Under the pieces are notes generated by a model. That model was not told the DNA's origin. It saw only the letters and a list, made by a program, of their open reading frames with translations, and ran no database searches. 64,000 nt of DNA, taken from an uncultured Chlamydiae bacterium. Its GTDB lineage: Bacteria; Chlamydiota; Chlamydiia; Chlamydiales; JAJFMB01. Positions 9,567-18,975 of the stretch are shown here, piece by piece; within the stretch, counting starts at the first letter, position 1, and each line of letters begins with the position of its first letter. Where the stretch lies: contig CAVOJR010000001.1 of assembly GCA_963696295.1 (NCBI GenBank), positions 1,376,001 through 1,440,000 of the forward strand, read 5' to 3'. A program made the position numbers and the translations under genes.

Positions 9567-10088
9567 CTAAATCACCTGAGATTGGGGGGCAAACCATGCG
9601 GCATTCCAATCAAGTGTTGTTTTTGACTTATCCACCATAATGTCTCCTGAAGCCCCTTTATAAACGTGAAAATAAACCAAAGGCAGAGGCGCCGGGCCTC
9701 CGGTATTCTTCCCATGCCGGTCGTAAGTGGAGCCGTGGCAAGGGCAGGCATAGCCGGTTTCCACCATATTCACCGTGCAGCCCAAATGGGTGCAGACCGC
9801 CGTCTGGACTCTGACTTTGCCTTCGCTCGTCTCGACAAACACCTTCTGCTTGGGATCGAACACCTTTCCCTCTTTCGATAAAAGCTCATCGGGGCGGCCG
9901 AGGGAAAACACGCTGGGCGGGATCTTCATCGCATTGGGATAGAGAAAACCCAGGACGGAGATATTCACCAGCTGCCCGACGCCCAAAAGACACGCTCCGA
10001 CCCCGAGGATGGCTAGAAAGGTGCGCCGGGTAATTTTCGGGTCATTACTGTCGGGATCGACATTTAACGAGTTGCGGTACTTTGGCAT
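9567..10088 (-). CDS. Rieske [2Fe-2S] subunit, Tat-exported
   Basis: TRRTFL twin-arginine motif, CTHLGC, CPCHGS and GPAP. Confidence 0.92.
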   Translation of the reverse strand: MPKYRNSLNVDPDSNDPKITRRTFLAILGVGACLLGVGQLVNISVLGFLYPNAMKIPPSVFSLGRPDELLSKEGKVFDPKQKVFVETSEGKVRVQTAVCTHLGCTVNMVETGYACPCHGSTYDRHGKNTGGPAPLPLVYFHVYKGASGDIMVDKSKTTLDWNAAWFAPQSQVI

Positions 10089-10223
10089 CTATTTCTCATC
10101 CTCTCGAAACATTTGATATTTGACATCCTCGGAATCTTCAAATTGCCCTTTTTGAAAATAATAAATATAAACGACTATCCCTGCAAGAGCCATCATCAAA
10201 GTACTGCCAAAAACCCAGATCAT
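10089..10223 (-). CDS. ccoS: CcoS-like cbb3 oxidase maturation protein (44 aa, absent from ORF track)
   Basis: MIWVFGSTLMMALAGIVVYIYYFQKGQFEDSEDVKYQMFREDEK*: a TM helix plus GQF(E/D)D. It fills the gap between the flanking genes almost exactly. Confidence 0.75.
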   Translation of the reverse strand: MIWVFGSTLMMALAGIVVYIYYFQKGQFEDSEDVKYQMFREDEK

Positions 10224-10224
10224 A

Positions 10225-12063
10225 TCAGCCGATCCACCTGAAAGAGTAATTCATCACATCCATCGTAACGGCCTGCGTCGGGCACTTTTCCGCGCACAAA
10301 CCGCAGCGGATGCAAAGGTCCTCGTCTTTCAGCATGATGGAGCCCATGCCATCCAGTTCCTCCGGTTCCATTTCCGAAGAGTCGACGCCGTAAAAGTTAT
10401 CGACCGCCCGGCGCAGATTGCCCTCTCCATTGTCGAGGTTGGCGTGGCTGACCGGAATCAGCTTCAGACAATTCGCCGGACAGACATCGACGCACCCGTT
10501 GCATTTGATGCACAGCGTTCCGTCAAAAACGGGGCTGACATGGCATTGCAGGCAGCGATTCGACTGTTGATGAGCTTCTTCTTCCGTGTAATTATTTTCC
10601 ACCATATTGAAGTTTTTGATCCGCACATCCACCGGCTGCATGGTGGGAAGGGCCCATTTGGTGCGCAAGTAGGTTTTATCCCGCATCGGAGATATTTCCG
10701 TGAACTCGCCATAAAATTCCCGGTAGGGCCTCGCGCCCGTCAAATCCTCGTCGATCGCACGCGCCGCCTCCTGCCCGTGCCGGACGGCCGAGATAAAAAG
10801 CGCCGGCCCGAAAGCCGCATCGCCCCCCGCGTAAATCCCCTTGACCGACGTTCTTCCCGTCCCCCGCTCGCTTTTGACAACGCCCCGGTCCAACACGAGC
10901 TCACTCATTTTATCCCACCCTTTGAAAAGGCTCATATCCATTTGCTGTCCAATCGCTAAAGCGAGAGAATCGCACGGGATGACAAATTGCGTATCGGGGA
11001 CAAGCTCCGGCTTGAAGCGCCCCGTGAAATCAAAAAGGGAAGAGATCTCCTGAACTCTAAGCCCGCAAATCTTCCCGTCTTCTCCCCGTTCGACCGCTAT
11101 CGGAGCCAGGCGGTTCCTGATGGCAATACCCTCTTCCAGGCCGTCTTCGATCTCAAATTCATCAGCCGTCTGCTCGTCGCGCGTCTCCAGGCAGACCATC
11201 GTCACCGATTTAGCGCCATTGCGGACCGAGGTGCGGGCCACATCGAAAGCGACGTTGCCCCCGCCGATCACTACCAGCTGCTCGCCTATTTTCCACTCCT
11301 CATCGGCGCACATCACGCGCAAATACTCAATCCCCCGGATCACATCGGGAGCGTCGGCGCCTTTAATCGGCAAATCACGCGATTTCCAAAGCCCCGGCCC
11401 CAAGAACACCGCATCAAAATCGCGCTGTAAATCGGTCAGAGTCTTATCGCGCCCGATTTTGACATTGTAGTGGATTTTAGCGCCCAGATATTCGATAGCG
11501 GCGCACTCGTTGATCGCCACCTTGTTTTTCAAGCGATAAGAGGGCACGCCATAAGTGAGCATGCCGCCCGGCATGCGCATCATCTCAAACACTTCCACTT
11601 CGTACCCTAAGCGCAAAAGATCGTGCGCGCAGGTCATCGAAGCGACTCCGGCGCCCACGCAGGCTACTTTCAGGCCGTTTTTCACCGGCTTGGTCGAGCC
11701 CCTGGCATAACTCATCTCCAAAGACCTGATGTGCGCCTCCCGGCTCATGCCGTACCATTCGTTCAGGAAGCGCTTTTGGGCGCGGATCGTCAACGTTTTG
11801 TCCACCCGGTCGCGCCGGCAGGTCAGCTCGCAGGGCGCGCCGCAAATGACCCCGCAAATCGAAGCGAACGGATTCGGCCCCCTGGCGATCTTATACCCCT
11901 CCAGATAGTTGCCCGAATGGAGGGCGAGCATATAGCCGCGCGGGTCGGTATTGACGGGGCAGCCGTCGCGGCAGTCGATCTGCCGGATATAATAGTCGAG
12001 ATCGGGGATGACGACGTCGTAGATGGGTTTATAGACCCGAACGATATCTATTTCATCTGCCAT
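10225..12063 (-). CDS. GltD/NfnB/SudA-like FAD-dependent NAD(P)H oxidoreductase with extra C-terminal 2x[4Fe-4S] ferredoxin domain
   Basis: CRDGCP, NPFASICGVICGAPCE, GAGVAS, GGMLTYGVP, GGGNVAFD, RCLQC, CIKCNGCVDVCP and CIRCGLCAEKCP. Confidence 0.88.
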   Translation of the reverse strand: MADEIDIVRVYKPIYDVVIPDLDYYIRQIDCRDGCPVNTDPRGYMLALHSGNYLEGYKIARGPNPFASICGVICGAPCELTCRRDRVDKTLTIRAQKRFLNEWYGMSREAHIRSLEMSYARGSTKPVKNGLKVACVGAGVASMTCAHDLLRLGYEVEVFEMMRMPGGMLTYGVPSYRLKNKVAINECAAIEYLGAKIHYNVKIGRDKTLTDLQRDFDAVFLGPGLWKSRDLPIKGADAPDVIRGIEYLRVMCADEEWKIGEQLVVIGGGNVAFDVARTSVRNGAKSVTMVCLETRDEQTADEFEIEDGLEEGIAIRNRLAPIAVERGEDGKICGLRVQEISSLFDFTGRFKPELVPDTQFVIPCDSLALAIGQQMDMSLFKGWDKMSELVLDRGVVKSERGTGRTSVKGIYAGGDAAFGPALFISAVRHGQEAARAIDEDLTGARPYREFYGEFTEISPMRDKTYLRTKWALPTMQPVDVRIKNFNMVENNYTEEEAHQQSNRCLQCHVSPVFDGTLCIKCNGCVDVCPANCLKLIPVSHANLDNGEGNLRRAVDNFYGVDSSEMEPEELDGMGSIMLKDEDLCIRCGLCAEKCPTQAVTMDVMNYSFRWIG

Positions 12064-12171
12064 GTTCAAACCGCCTTCAGAAAAGTGAACTGTAGCAAAA
12101 CAAACAGATTTTTTAAAGACAAATGGGATTAATTAATATTTCATAAAATCATAGACTGCGCCAAAAAAATA

Positions 12172-12200
12172 TTGCATTAATATCCCATTTTTGGGATAAT
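12172..12200 (+). promoter_or_regulatory. Sigma70-type promoter with overlapping operator palindrome for the TA pair
   Basis: TTGCAT-17nt-GATAAT, with inverted repeat TATCCCA-tttt-TGGGATA at 12181-12198. Confidence 0.6.
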
Positions 12201-12216
12201 TAAGTTTGGAGCGAAT

Positions 12217-12597
12217 ATGAGTGTGATAAAGCCGATTGCCTGGATTGGATCAAGCAAAAAAAACTTCATGGCATTTCCTCAGGATATCCGAAAGGAGATG
12301 GGACACGCTCTATATATTGCTCAAAAAGGAGGAAAACACCGAGACGCTAAACCTCTCAAAGGATTTGGAGGCGCTAGCCTCTTGGAAGTTGTGCAAACTA
12401 ACGGGGATGGGACATTTCGAACTATGTACACTGTGCAGATGGAAGAAGCTGTTTATGTTCTCCATGCTTTTCAAAAGAAATCAAAAAGCGGAATCAAAAC
12501 CCCAAAAGAAGATATGGAACTTGTGGATCAAAGGTTAAAAGAAGTACAAAAGAAACATAAAGAATGGTCTATTAACTGCAAAAAAGGGGTCAAATGA
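12217..12597 (+). CDS. Type II TA toxin, RelE/ParE (Gp49/HigB-like)
   Basis: KPLKG, GTFRTMY and VYVLHAFQKKS; toxin-first order. Confidence 0.85.
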   Translation: MSVIKPIAWIGSSKKNFMAFPQDIRKEMGHALYIAQKGGKHRDAKPLKGFGGASLLEVVQTNGDGTFRTMYTVQMEEAVYVLHAFQKKSKSGIKTPKEDMELVDQRLKEVQKKHKEWSINCKKGVK

Positions 12598-12980
12598 AAA
12601 AACAGCGAGAGTCAAAAGATCTAAACATCGAAGTCGGCAGCGATAATATTTTTGCTGATATTGGTGTTGAGAATCCTGAAGAGGAACTCACTAAGGCAGA
12701 ACTTGCTTGGGAAATTGAGCAAACTCTCAAGAAAAAAAAGCTGACTCAAGCAAAAGCTGCAAAACTTATGGGCATCAATCAACCTAAGGTGTCCGCATTG
12801 CTCCATAGAAAACTTGATGGATTTTCTGTTGAACGCCTCATCCATTTTTTGACAGCTTTGGGACAAGATGTTGAAATTACAGTTAAACCAAAACCACGCA
12901 ATCGTCGAAATGCTCGTGTCAGTGTCTGCGGCTCACAACGAACCTATGGAAGATCAGCAATCGCAGCAAAGGCTCACTGA
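12594..12980 (+). CDS. XRE-type HTH antitoxin (HigA-like)
   Basis: GSDNIFADIG, LTQAKAAKLMGINQPKVSAL and FSVERL; ATGA overlap with the toxin. Confidence 0.85.
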   Translation: MKKQRESKDLNIEVGSDNIFADIGVENPEEELTKAELAWEIEQTLKKKKLTQAKAAKLMGINQPKVSALLHRKLDGFSVERLIHFLTALGQDVEITVKPKPRNRRNARVSVCGSQRTYGRSAIAAKAH

Positions 12981-13004
12981 AACTAAGCATTCGGAACGAA
13001 CTTT

Positions 13005-13835
13005 ATGAGCAAAAAAAGGCATTGCAACACACTTACCATCGCGGGATTTGACGGCAGCGGCGGCGCCGGGATTCAGGCTGACCTGAAAACCTTTTCCGCT
13101 TTAGGATGCTATGGTATGACCGTGCTGACCGCCCTCCCGGTGCAAAATACGAGGGGCGTTCAATTCATCTATGCCATTCCCGACTCATGCATCGAAGAAC
13201 AGCTCAACGCCATCCTGGAAGACATTGAAGTGGACGCCTTTAAAATCGGGATGCTGCACCGCCCGGAAGTGGTCCGCATCGTGGCCAAACTGCTGGCGGG
13301 GCAACCGAAGATCGTTTTAGACCCGGTCATGATAGCCAAAAGCGGCGATGGGCTTCTGACTGTGGAGGCCATTGAAACTATGAAAGAGCTGTTATTTCCC
13401 CAGGCGGCTTTGATCACCCCCAATCTGCCCGAAACGGCAGCCCTGTTAGGGCGGGAGGTAGGCACTAAAGCCGAGATGGAACAGGCCGCCCTTGATCTGA
13501 TCAGAATGGGGCCAAAAGCCGTTGTGGTGAAAGGGGGGCATTTATCTTCAGAGACGTGCGACGACTGCCTTTGCCTTTCCGGCGGAGAAATTTATTGGTT
13601 TTCCGCTCCGAGAATCGCCACAAAAAATACGCATGGAACGGGATGCACTTTTTCCGCCGCCGCCACGGCTTATTTATCCAAAGGGATGAATGTCGTAGAA
13701 GCTGTGGAAAGGGCAAAACAATACCTGCATGGCTGCCTGGAAGCGGGAGCCGGATTCACCGTTGGCAGAGGTTTTGGCCCGGTGCATCACTTTTTTTCCC
13801 TTTGGAAGGAGGAAATGCCCCCTTTCAGCGTATAA
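13005..13835 (+). CDS. thiD: HMP/HMP-P kinase
   Basis: LTIAGFDGSGGAGIQADLKTF, VLDPVM, TPNLPE and HGTGCT. Confidence 0.95.
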   Translation: MSKKRHCNTLTIAGFDGSGGAGIQADLKTFSALGCYGMTVLTALPVQNTRGVQFIYAIPDSCIEEQLNAILEDIEVDAFKIGMLHRPEVVRIVAKLLAGQPKIVLDPVMIAKSGDGLLTVEAIETMKELLFPQAALITPNLPETAALLGREVGTKAEMEQAALDLIRMGPKAVVVKGGHLSSETCDDCLCLSGGEIYWFSAPRIATKNTHGTGCTFSAAATAYLSKGMNVVEAVERAKQYLHGCLEAGAGFTVGRGFGPVHHFFSLWKEEMPPFSV

Positions 13836-14740
13836 ATTTCCAGGAGGGGAAAGCGCTCCTTAAGCAGCTTGGCAGCCTGAAGACTTCTAATTCCCCGCTC
13901 GCAATAAAGTATCGTTACTTTACCTTTCGGAACTTGTATCTCTTCCCTGGCATCGATGAGCTGCAGGTCCACTTTTTCTGAAAGCATTTGGCGAACTCTT
14001 TCTGCGCTGATTTCCAGACTGTTTTCCTGAGGAGGACCTATTTGATAAAGCCGGGTCGTCCAGCTCAAAGCGTCGATCTTCAGCAATTTTCCCTTAAGTG
14101 TCTGCCCGGCGTCCAAAATCACTTTCATGGCTTCCAGGGCCTGAATGGTGCCGATCATGCCCGGCAGCGGGGCGATCACGCCTGCCGCGGCGCAAGAGGA
14201 CCCCTGCACAGGGGGAACGGGATATAAGGAGCGATAATCCGGTTTTCCATGAAAGAGGGCCGCCTGGCCTTCAAAATGAGAGATGGAACCATACACGAAA
14301 GGTTTGCAAAGCGCGAGGCAAGCATCGTTTATAGCGTAGCGCGCAGGAAAATTATCGGTTGCATCAATCACAACATCATAATCTTGAAGGAGTTCTTGCG
14401 CGTTATACTCAGTTAAAAAGACAGCTTTGGCAGCAAAGGCCACATGAGGATTTAGCATAGAGAGCCTCTCTTTTGCCGCCTCGCCTTTCAACCGGCCAAT
14501 ATCTTCCGAATGGTATAAAATTTGCCTCTGCAGATTGCCGAGCTCAATGCGGTCAGGATCGATAATGCCTATTCGGCCAATGCCGGCCGCCGCCAGATAT
14601 AATAAAGCCGCGCACCCCAATCCTCCCGCACCGACGACCGCCACTGAAGCCGATTTCAGCTTTCTCTGCCCCTCCAGGCCGATTTCACATAATTTGATTT
14701 GACTCGTATAGCGGCAAACTTCAGTCTCACTTAAGTCCAT
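13787..14740 (-). CDS. thiF: ThiF/MoeB adenylyltransferase with short rhodanese-like C-terminus
   Basis: GQRKLK, VVGAGGLG, NLQRQ, DATDN, and C-terminal YCERGIRS and LKGGI. Start taken at MDLSE. Confidence 0.85.
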   Translation of the reverse strand: MDLSETEVCRYTSQIKLCEIGLEGQRKLKSASVAVVGAGGLGCAALLYLAAAGIGRIGIIDPDRIELGNLQRQILYHSEDIGRLKGEAAKERLSMLNPHVAFAAKAVFLTEYNAQELLQDYDVVIDATDNFPARYAINDACLALCKPFVYGSISHFEGQAALFHGKPDYRSLYPVPPVQGSSCAAAGVIAPLPGMIGTIQALEAMKVILDAGQTLKGKLLKIDALSWTTRLYQIGPPQENSLEISAERVRQMLSEKVDLQLIDAREEIQVPKGKVTILYCERGIRSLQAAKLLKERFPLLEIYTLKGGISSFQREKK

Positions 14741-15332
14741 AAAAGATCCTTCTGAACTTCTCTGTTTCACTTAAGGGATCTGCGGCACTGCTGATCGCTG
14801 AGATCACCGCAATGCCCGCCACGCCTGTTTTAGACACGTTTTCTACATTGTGCTCATTGATGCCGCCAACGGCCAGCAGAGGAATTTTGACTTCGCGGCA
14901 AACTTGCTCCAGAAGGGCAAGACCAAGTGGAGGACCTGTCTTGATTTTGCTTGAAGTTGGATAAATATGCCCTAAACCAATGTAATCAGCCCCCTCCCTT
15001 TCCGCCCGTTTCGCCTGCTCCAAATTTGAAGCGGTAGCTCCGATGATTCTATTTCCCAGCAAGTGGCGCGCCTTAATGATCGGCAAATCGGTTTGCCCCA
15101 AATGAACACCCGCCGCATCAATTGAGAGCGCAATATCCACGCGGTCATTGATTATCAAAGGAACGGAAAAACCGCGGCACATTTCTGCCAGCTCGCAAAC
15201 CAGAGCATACACTTCCCGGGTATAACTCCCTTTATGTCTGAACTGAATGGTGTCAATGCCTCCGAGCAGGGCCTTTGAGGCGAGTTCTAAAGAGGCAGGC
15301 GTGTTGATGATCAGCTGTACTCCTTTAATCAT
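14727..15332 (-). CDS. thiE: Thiamine-phosphate synthase
   Basis: QFRHK, IINDRVD, GVHLGQTD, DYIGLG and AVISAI. Confidence 0.9.
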   Translation of the reverse strand: MIKGVQLIINTPASLELASKALLGGIDTIQFRHKGSYTREVYALVCELAEMCRGFSVPLIINDRVDIALSIDAAGVHLGQTDLPIIKARHLLGNRIIGATASNLEQAKRAEREGADYIGLGHIYPTSSKIKTGPPLGLALLEQVCREVKIPLLAVGGINEHNVENVSKTGVAGIAVISAISSAADPLSETEKFRRIFYGLK

Positions 15333-15847
15333 TGGAACGCTCTAATAGCTGCAACTCCATAAGCGCCGGCTTCCAGGCAACTTCTGAAATTTAAGGGGGT
15401 GATCCCGCCCACCGCTAAAACCGGTATAGAGAGCTTCTGCGCCACTTTTTCCAAATGGCAAAGACCTTGAGGTGGACCCGTTTTAGAGGGGGTTTCAAAA
15501 ACAGGCCCAAAAAGCAGGTAATCGGCGCCCTCCCCTTCCGACTTTCGGGCCGCTTCCAAACTATGCACGCTCACCCCGACAATCATAGAGTTTTTCAGTT
15601 TCTTTGGAATTTGGGGCGATAATCCCATTTCCGGAAGATGCACACCGTCCGCTTCTACCGCAAGCGCGATGTCTATTCTATCGTTGATAGAAAAAAAAAT
15701 CCCCCGGTCTGCGGTAATTTTTCTCAAATCGAGTGCAAGCTCCCATAACTTTCTCGCCTCCATTGTTTTGTTTCTCAACTGGAGGGCCCAAGAGAGATCT
15801 TTATCTATATGGCCATCAGTTATTTGCATCAATTTGGGAATTTTCAT
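15329..15847 (-). CDS. ThiE-fold protein, probable thiazole tautomerase TenI-like
   Basis: GVHLPE, GVSVHS and [11 protein letters not shown]. Second ThiE-fold gene, next to thiG as in ThiO-type operons. Confidence 0.65.
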   Translation of the reverse strand: MKIPKLMQITDGHIDKDLSWALQLRNKTMEARKLWELALDLRKITADRGIFFSINDRIDIALAVEADGVHLPEMGLSPQIPKKLKNSMIVGVSVHSLEAARKSEGEGADYLLFGPVFETPSKTGPPQGLCHLEKVAQKLSIPVLAVGGITPLNFRSCLEAGAYGVAAIRAFQ

Positions 15848-16614
15848 ACACTGATCATTCCTTCTACGGGACTGGAGGCCGCCGCATACCGTTTTGTGGG
15901 AATTCGCCCCGCTTGATAAGCCAGCCTGCCCGCCTGCGAGGCCAGCTTCATGGCTAAAGCCATCGATACCGGCCGCTCGGCCTGGGCTATCGCCGTATTG
16001 ATCAAGACGGCATCAAAGCCAAGCTCCATAGCTTTAGCCACGTCTGAAGCCGTGCCAATCCCCGCATCGAGAATTAGGGGAATGGCGATTTGCTCGCGCA
16101 GAATTTTAAGCGTATAAGGGTTGAGAAGGCCCATGCCGGAACCTATCGGCGATCCCAATGGCATGACTGCCGCGCATCCCATACCTTCCAGCTTTTTGCA
16201 CGTGACCAAATCATCGTTACAGTAAGGAAGCACCACAAATCCCTCTCTGGTTAGCACATCGGCCGCTTTTAATAACTCCACCAGATCGGGGAATAGCGTC
16301 TTATCGTCGCCGATCACTTCCAGCTTTATCCAGTTTGTCTCTAACGCCTCCCGGGCGAGCTGCGCCGTTAACACCGCTTCTTTTGCCGTAAAGCATCCGG
16401 CTGTATTCGGCAGCAGACGGATCCCTTTCGATTTGAAATAAGGGAGCATCCCCTCCATTTGTGAATGCACCGCGCTCGTGCGCCGCATGCTGACGGTGAC
16501 TATTTCCGTTCCGCTCGCCTCAATGGATTGGATCAGCGTCTCCTGATCCGGATAGAGCGCAGAACCGAGCAGCAAGCGGGATTGAAACGTTTGATTTCCA
16601 AGGATAAAGTCCAT
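15844..16614 (-). CDS. thiG: Thiazole synthase
   Basis: [26 protein letters not shown] and DAGIG. Confidence 0.96.
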   Translation of the reverse strand: MDFILGNQTFQSRLLLGSALYPDQETLIQSIEASGTEIVTVSMRRTSAVHSQMEGMLPYFKSKGIRLLPNTAGCFTAKEAVLTAQLAREALETNWIKLEVIGDDKTLFPDLVELLKAADVLTREGFVVLPYCNDDLVTCKKLEGMGCAAVMPLGSPIGSGMGLLNPYTLKILREQIAIPLILDAGIGTASDVAKAMELGFDAVLINTAIAQAERPVSMALAMKLASQAGRLAYQAGRIPTKRYAAASSPVEGMISV

Positions 16615-16617
16615 TTT

Positions 16618-16818
16618 CTAGCCTCCCGAAACCGCGTGCACAATTTCTATTTGATCCCCTTCTGCAATCTTCGTCGATCCCCAATCGGACCTGAAGACGA
16701 TTTGGCCGTTCACCGCCACAGCAACTCCCGCAGTTTCAATGGATTGCTCCTTCAAAAGGAGTTCCAGGGTTTCTGAATCGTCAAATAAAACATTTTGTCC
16801 ATTAAGTTGAATGCGCAT
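16618..16818 (-). CDS. thiS: Sulfur carrier protein
   Basis: 66 aa, VAVAVNG, C-terminal GG. Confidence 0.93.
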   Translation of the reverse strand: MRIQLNGQNVLFDDSETLELLLKEQSIETAGVAVAVNGQIVFRSDWGSTKIAEGDQIEIVHAVSGG

Positions 16819-17854
16819 GGTAATCCTTCATAATAAGTTTTTTCATCGCATAGGCCGTGTACGGGGCAAGCAAAATACCCGCACGGCCATGCCCTATGGC
16901 CTGATAGATCCCTTTTTGGGAAGTGGCTCCGATGAGAGGCATCTGGTTCGCCGTCACAGGCCGCAAGCCCACTGCAATTTCTTCCACTTTGTACTCTGAA
17001 ATGGCAGGAACGATCTCCCACGCATTTTCAAGCAGCTCTAAAACAGCGCCTGCAGTCGCCTCTTCGTTAAATCCCACGTCTTCGCTGGTTGCTCCAACGC
17101 GCACGATCCCATCCTGCTTGGGAGCAAGATAAATGCGCGGCGTCCGTATCATACCTTTTAACCGCAGATGGGGGGGCATTTTTAAATTCAGGAGCTGCCC
17201 CTTAATAGGGCGGCAAGGCAGCGAGGGGTCGATTTGGCTAGCCCAGGCCCCTGTGGTATTGATCACCGCTTCCGCTTCATAGCTTGGCCCGTCCGATTGA
17301 ATCCTGATAACAGGATGGCTTCTTGATAACCTTATGACTTTCCTGTTTTCTATCAATACCCCGCCACGGGCAATAAAGGCCTCTTTTAAGGCTTCGATTA
17401 GAAGATGATTATTGATTTGCCTTTCAGAGGGGATCCAGACCGCGGAATTCACCCGGGGGGAAAGCAGGGGTTCTTTCTCCCGCGCCTCATCGCCTGTCAG
17501 CCAGCAGACAGGCATCCCCTGTTCTTTCTTAAAAACATAGTGCCTATGCAACCATTCCCGGTCATCCCGGTCGATGGCCGCACACAAAGTCCCCTCCCCC
17601 TCCATTGGCAGAACCGTACAACTATCCTCTTGCAGTTCCTTCAGAAATGAGGGGTAAAGGGAAAGGCTTTCCCTTCCGATTTGCAGAGCATGGGGGTGGT
17701 TATGCTCCCAATAAGGAGAGAGCATTCCCGCGGCGGCAGAGGAGGCTTGCTTTCCGGCAAGCCTCTGATCAAAGAGTTGAACGGAGATCTTTTCTCTGGC
17801 CAGCTGCCACCCAATGCTTAATCCGATAATGCCGGCGCCGATAATCGCAATCAT
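16802..17854 (-). CDS. thiO: Glycine oxidase
   Basis: IIGAGIIG, ASSAAAGML, GLRP and GHGRAGILLAP; ATGA overlap with the thi5 stop. Confidence 0.9.
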   Translation of the reverse strand: MIAIIGAGIIGLSIGWQLAREKISVQLFDQRLAGKQASSAAAGMLSPYWEHNHPHALQIGRESLSLYPSFLKELQEDSCTVLPMEGEGTLCAAIDRDDREWLHRHYVFKKEQGMPVCWLTGDEAREKEPLLSPRVNSAVWIPSERQINNHLLIEALKEAFIARGGVLIENRKVIRLSRSHPVIRIQSDGPSYEAEAVINTTGAWASQIDPSLPCRPIKGQLLNLKMPPHLRLKGMIRTPRIYLAPKQDGIVRVGATSEDVGFNEEATAGAVLELLENAWEIVPAISEYKVEEIAVGLRPVTANQMPLIGATSQKGIYQAIGHGRAGILLAPYTAYAMKKLIMKDYHAHST

Positions 17855-18792
17855 CGGGATAAACAGCAAGCTACCGGTTCAATCTCAGAATAGGGGCTTT
17901 CCGGGATATATTCATTGGTGTAAAGCTGATTTACATCAAACGCTTCCGGAATAATCCCCAAGTGCTTGGTGTAGCGCCCCACCTTATTCCAGTCGCGCTC
18001 GACATTCAAAAGATTGCGTGAGAAAAAGGGCAGCGTGCGAATATAAATCTTTTTATAAAGATCGCTGCGAAGCTGCGGTTTGGATTGACATAACAATTCA
18101 AACGCCTCTTCAGGCTGTTCCGTCGTAAAGGCCGCTCCCCTTTGCGTCGCCCGCATGAATTTGGTCAATAATTCCGGCTGGCCCGTGATAACATCGTTAT
18201 GGACAATAAATTGAATGGAACAGAAACAGCAGCACCCAAGGCCTGCGAGCTGATCAAGGCGCAGCATGACAGTTTCACCGAGAGCCTCCAATTCCACTTG
18301 CTGAAAGTTGATGAAGCCGATCCCTGTGTCAATAATGCCTCGCCGAATGGCATCAGTGACATTCATCCCCACCCGCACCGTCTGAAAACTTTTAGGATCA
18401 ATCCCCGCCAGCCTGGCCAGATCCTCAATCATCAATTTCCCAAATTCCCCAATGTAACCCACCCTTTTGCCGACTATATCGGAAAAAGTGCGGATGCCGC
18501 TGGATTTCAGGGCGATCAAACCTGTCGGGGGTTCATCTAAAAGGGTGCCGATGGAAGTGACCGGGAATCCTTTGGCCCTGGCGGCAATGGTATGAATCAT
18601 AGCTTTCAAGCCGATGTCCACTTTTCCCAATCCGACGATTTCAGTCACGTCGCTGGGATCTGTCGTCTCCAGGATAGCGAGGTTGATCCCTTCATCGGCA
18701 TAGTAGCCTTTGGCTTTTGCAACAAATATAGGGGTGTGGTACGGATTTGCGTACCAATTGAGCAACAAAGTTGTTCGTGATTTCATCATCAT
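17851..18792 (-). CDS. thi5: Thi5/NMT1-type HMP-P synthase
   Basis: LLNW..PYH, DPSDVT, GLKAMIH (PLP Lys and substrate His) and GCCCFCS; no signal peptide. Confidence 0.88.
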   Translation of the reverse strand: MMMKSRTTLLLNWYANPYHTPIFVAKAKGYYADEGINLAILETTDPSDVTEIVGLGKVDIGLKAMIHTIAARAKGFPVTSIGTLLDEPPTGLIALKSSGIRTFSDIVGKRVGYIGEFGKLMIEDLARLAGIDPKSFQTVRVGMNVTDAIRRGIIDTGIGFINFQQVELEALGETVMLRLDQLAGLGCCCFCSIQFIVHNDVITGQPELLTKFMRATQRGAAFTTEQPEEAFELLCQSKPQLRSDLYKKIYIRTLPFFSRNLLNVERDWNKVGRYTKHLGIIPEAFDVNQLYTNEYIPESPYSEIEPVACCLSR

Positions 18793-18856
18793 CTCCTAAA
18801 ATACAGGTTTATGATGACGAGAGGAGGAGAGAGCACATGTATTCTACTGTCTAACG

Positions 18857-18930
18857 GTGTCCCCACGCTGGCATTATCCAGATCGGGTTATTCGGGTGTA
18901 ATCTCAGCCAATCATCTTGGCACCCCGCGC
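18857..18930 (-). promoter_or_regulatory. TPP riboswitch
   Basis: Minus strand reads GGGGTGCC..GGCTGAGA..ACCCG..AACCCGATCTGGATAATGCCAGCGTGGGGA upstream of thi5. A downstream CTCCTCCT could sequester the AGGAG RBS. Confidence 0.93.
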
Positions 18931-18975
18931 CATCTTCATAAAAAAAGTATGACATTAGACAAAATTTGTCAATTA

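Noticed and set aside
10225..12063. Glutamate synthase small subunit or dihydropyrimidine dehydrogenase
   Set aside because: No gltB or preA partner; it has an extra ferredoxin domain and a respiratory context.
17851..18792. ThiY/SsuA ABC substrate-binding protein
   Set aside because: No signal peptide or ABC partners; it has the Thi5-specific KAMIH and CCCFC motifs.
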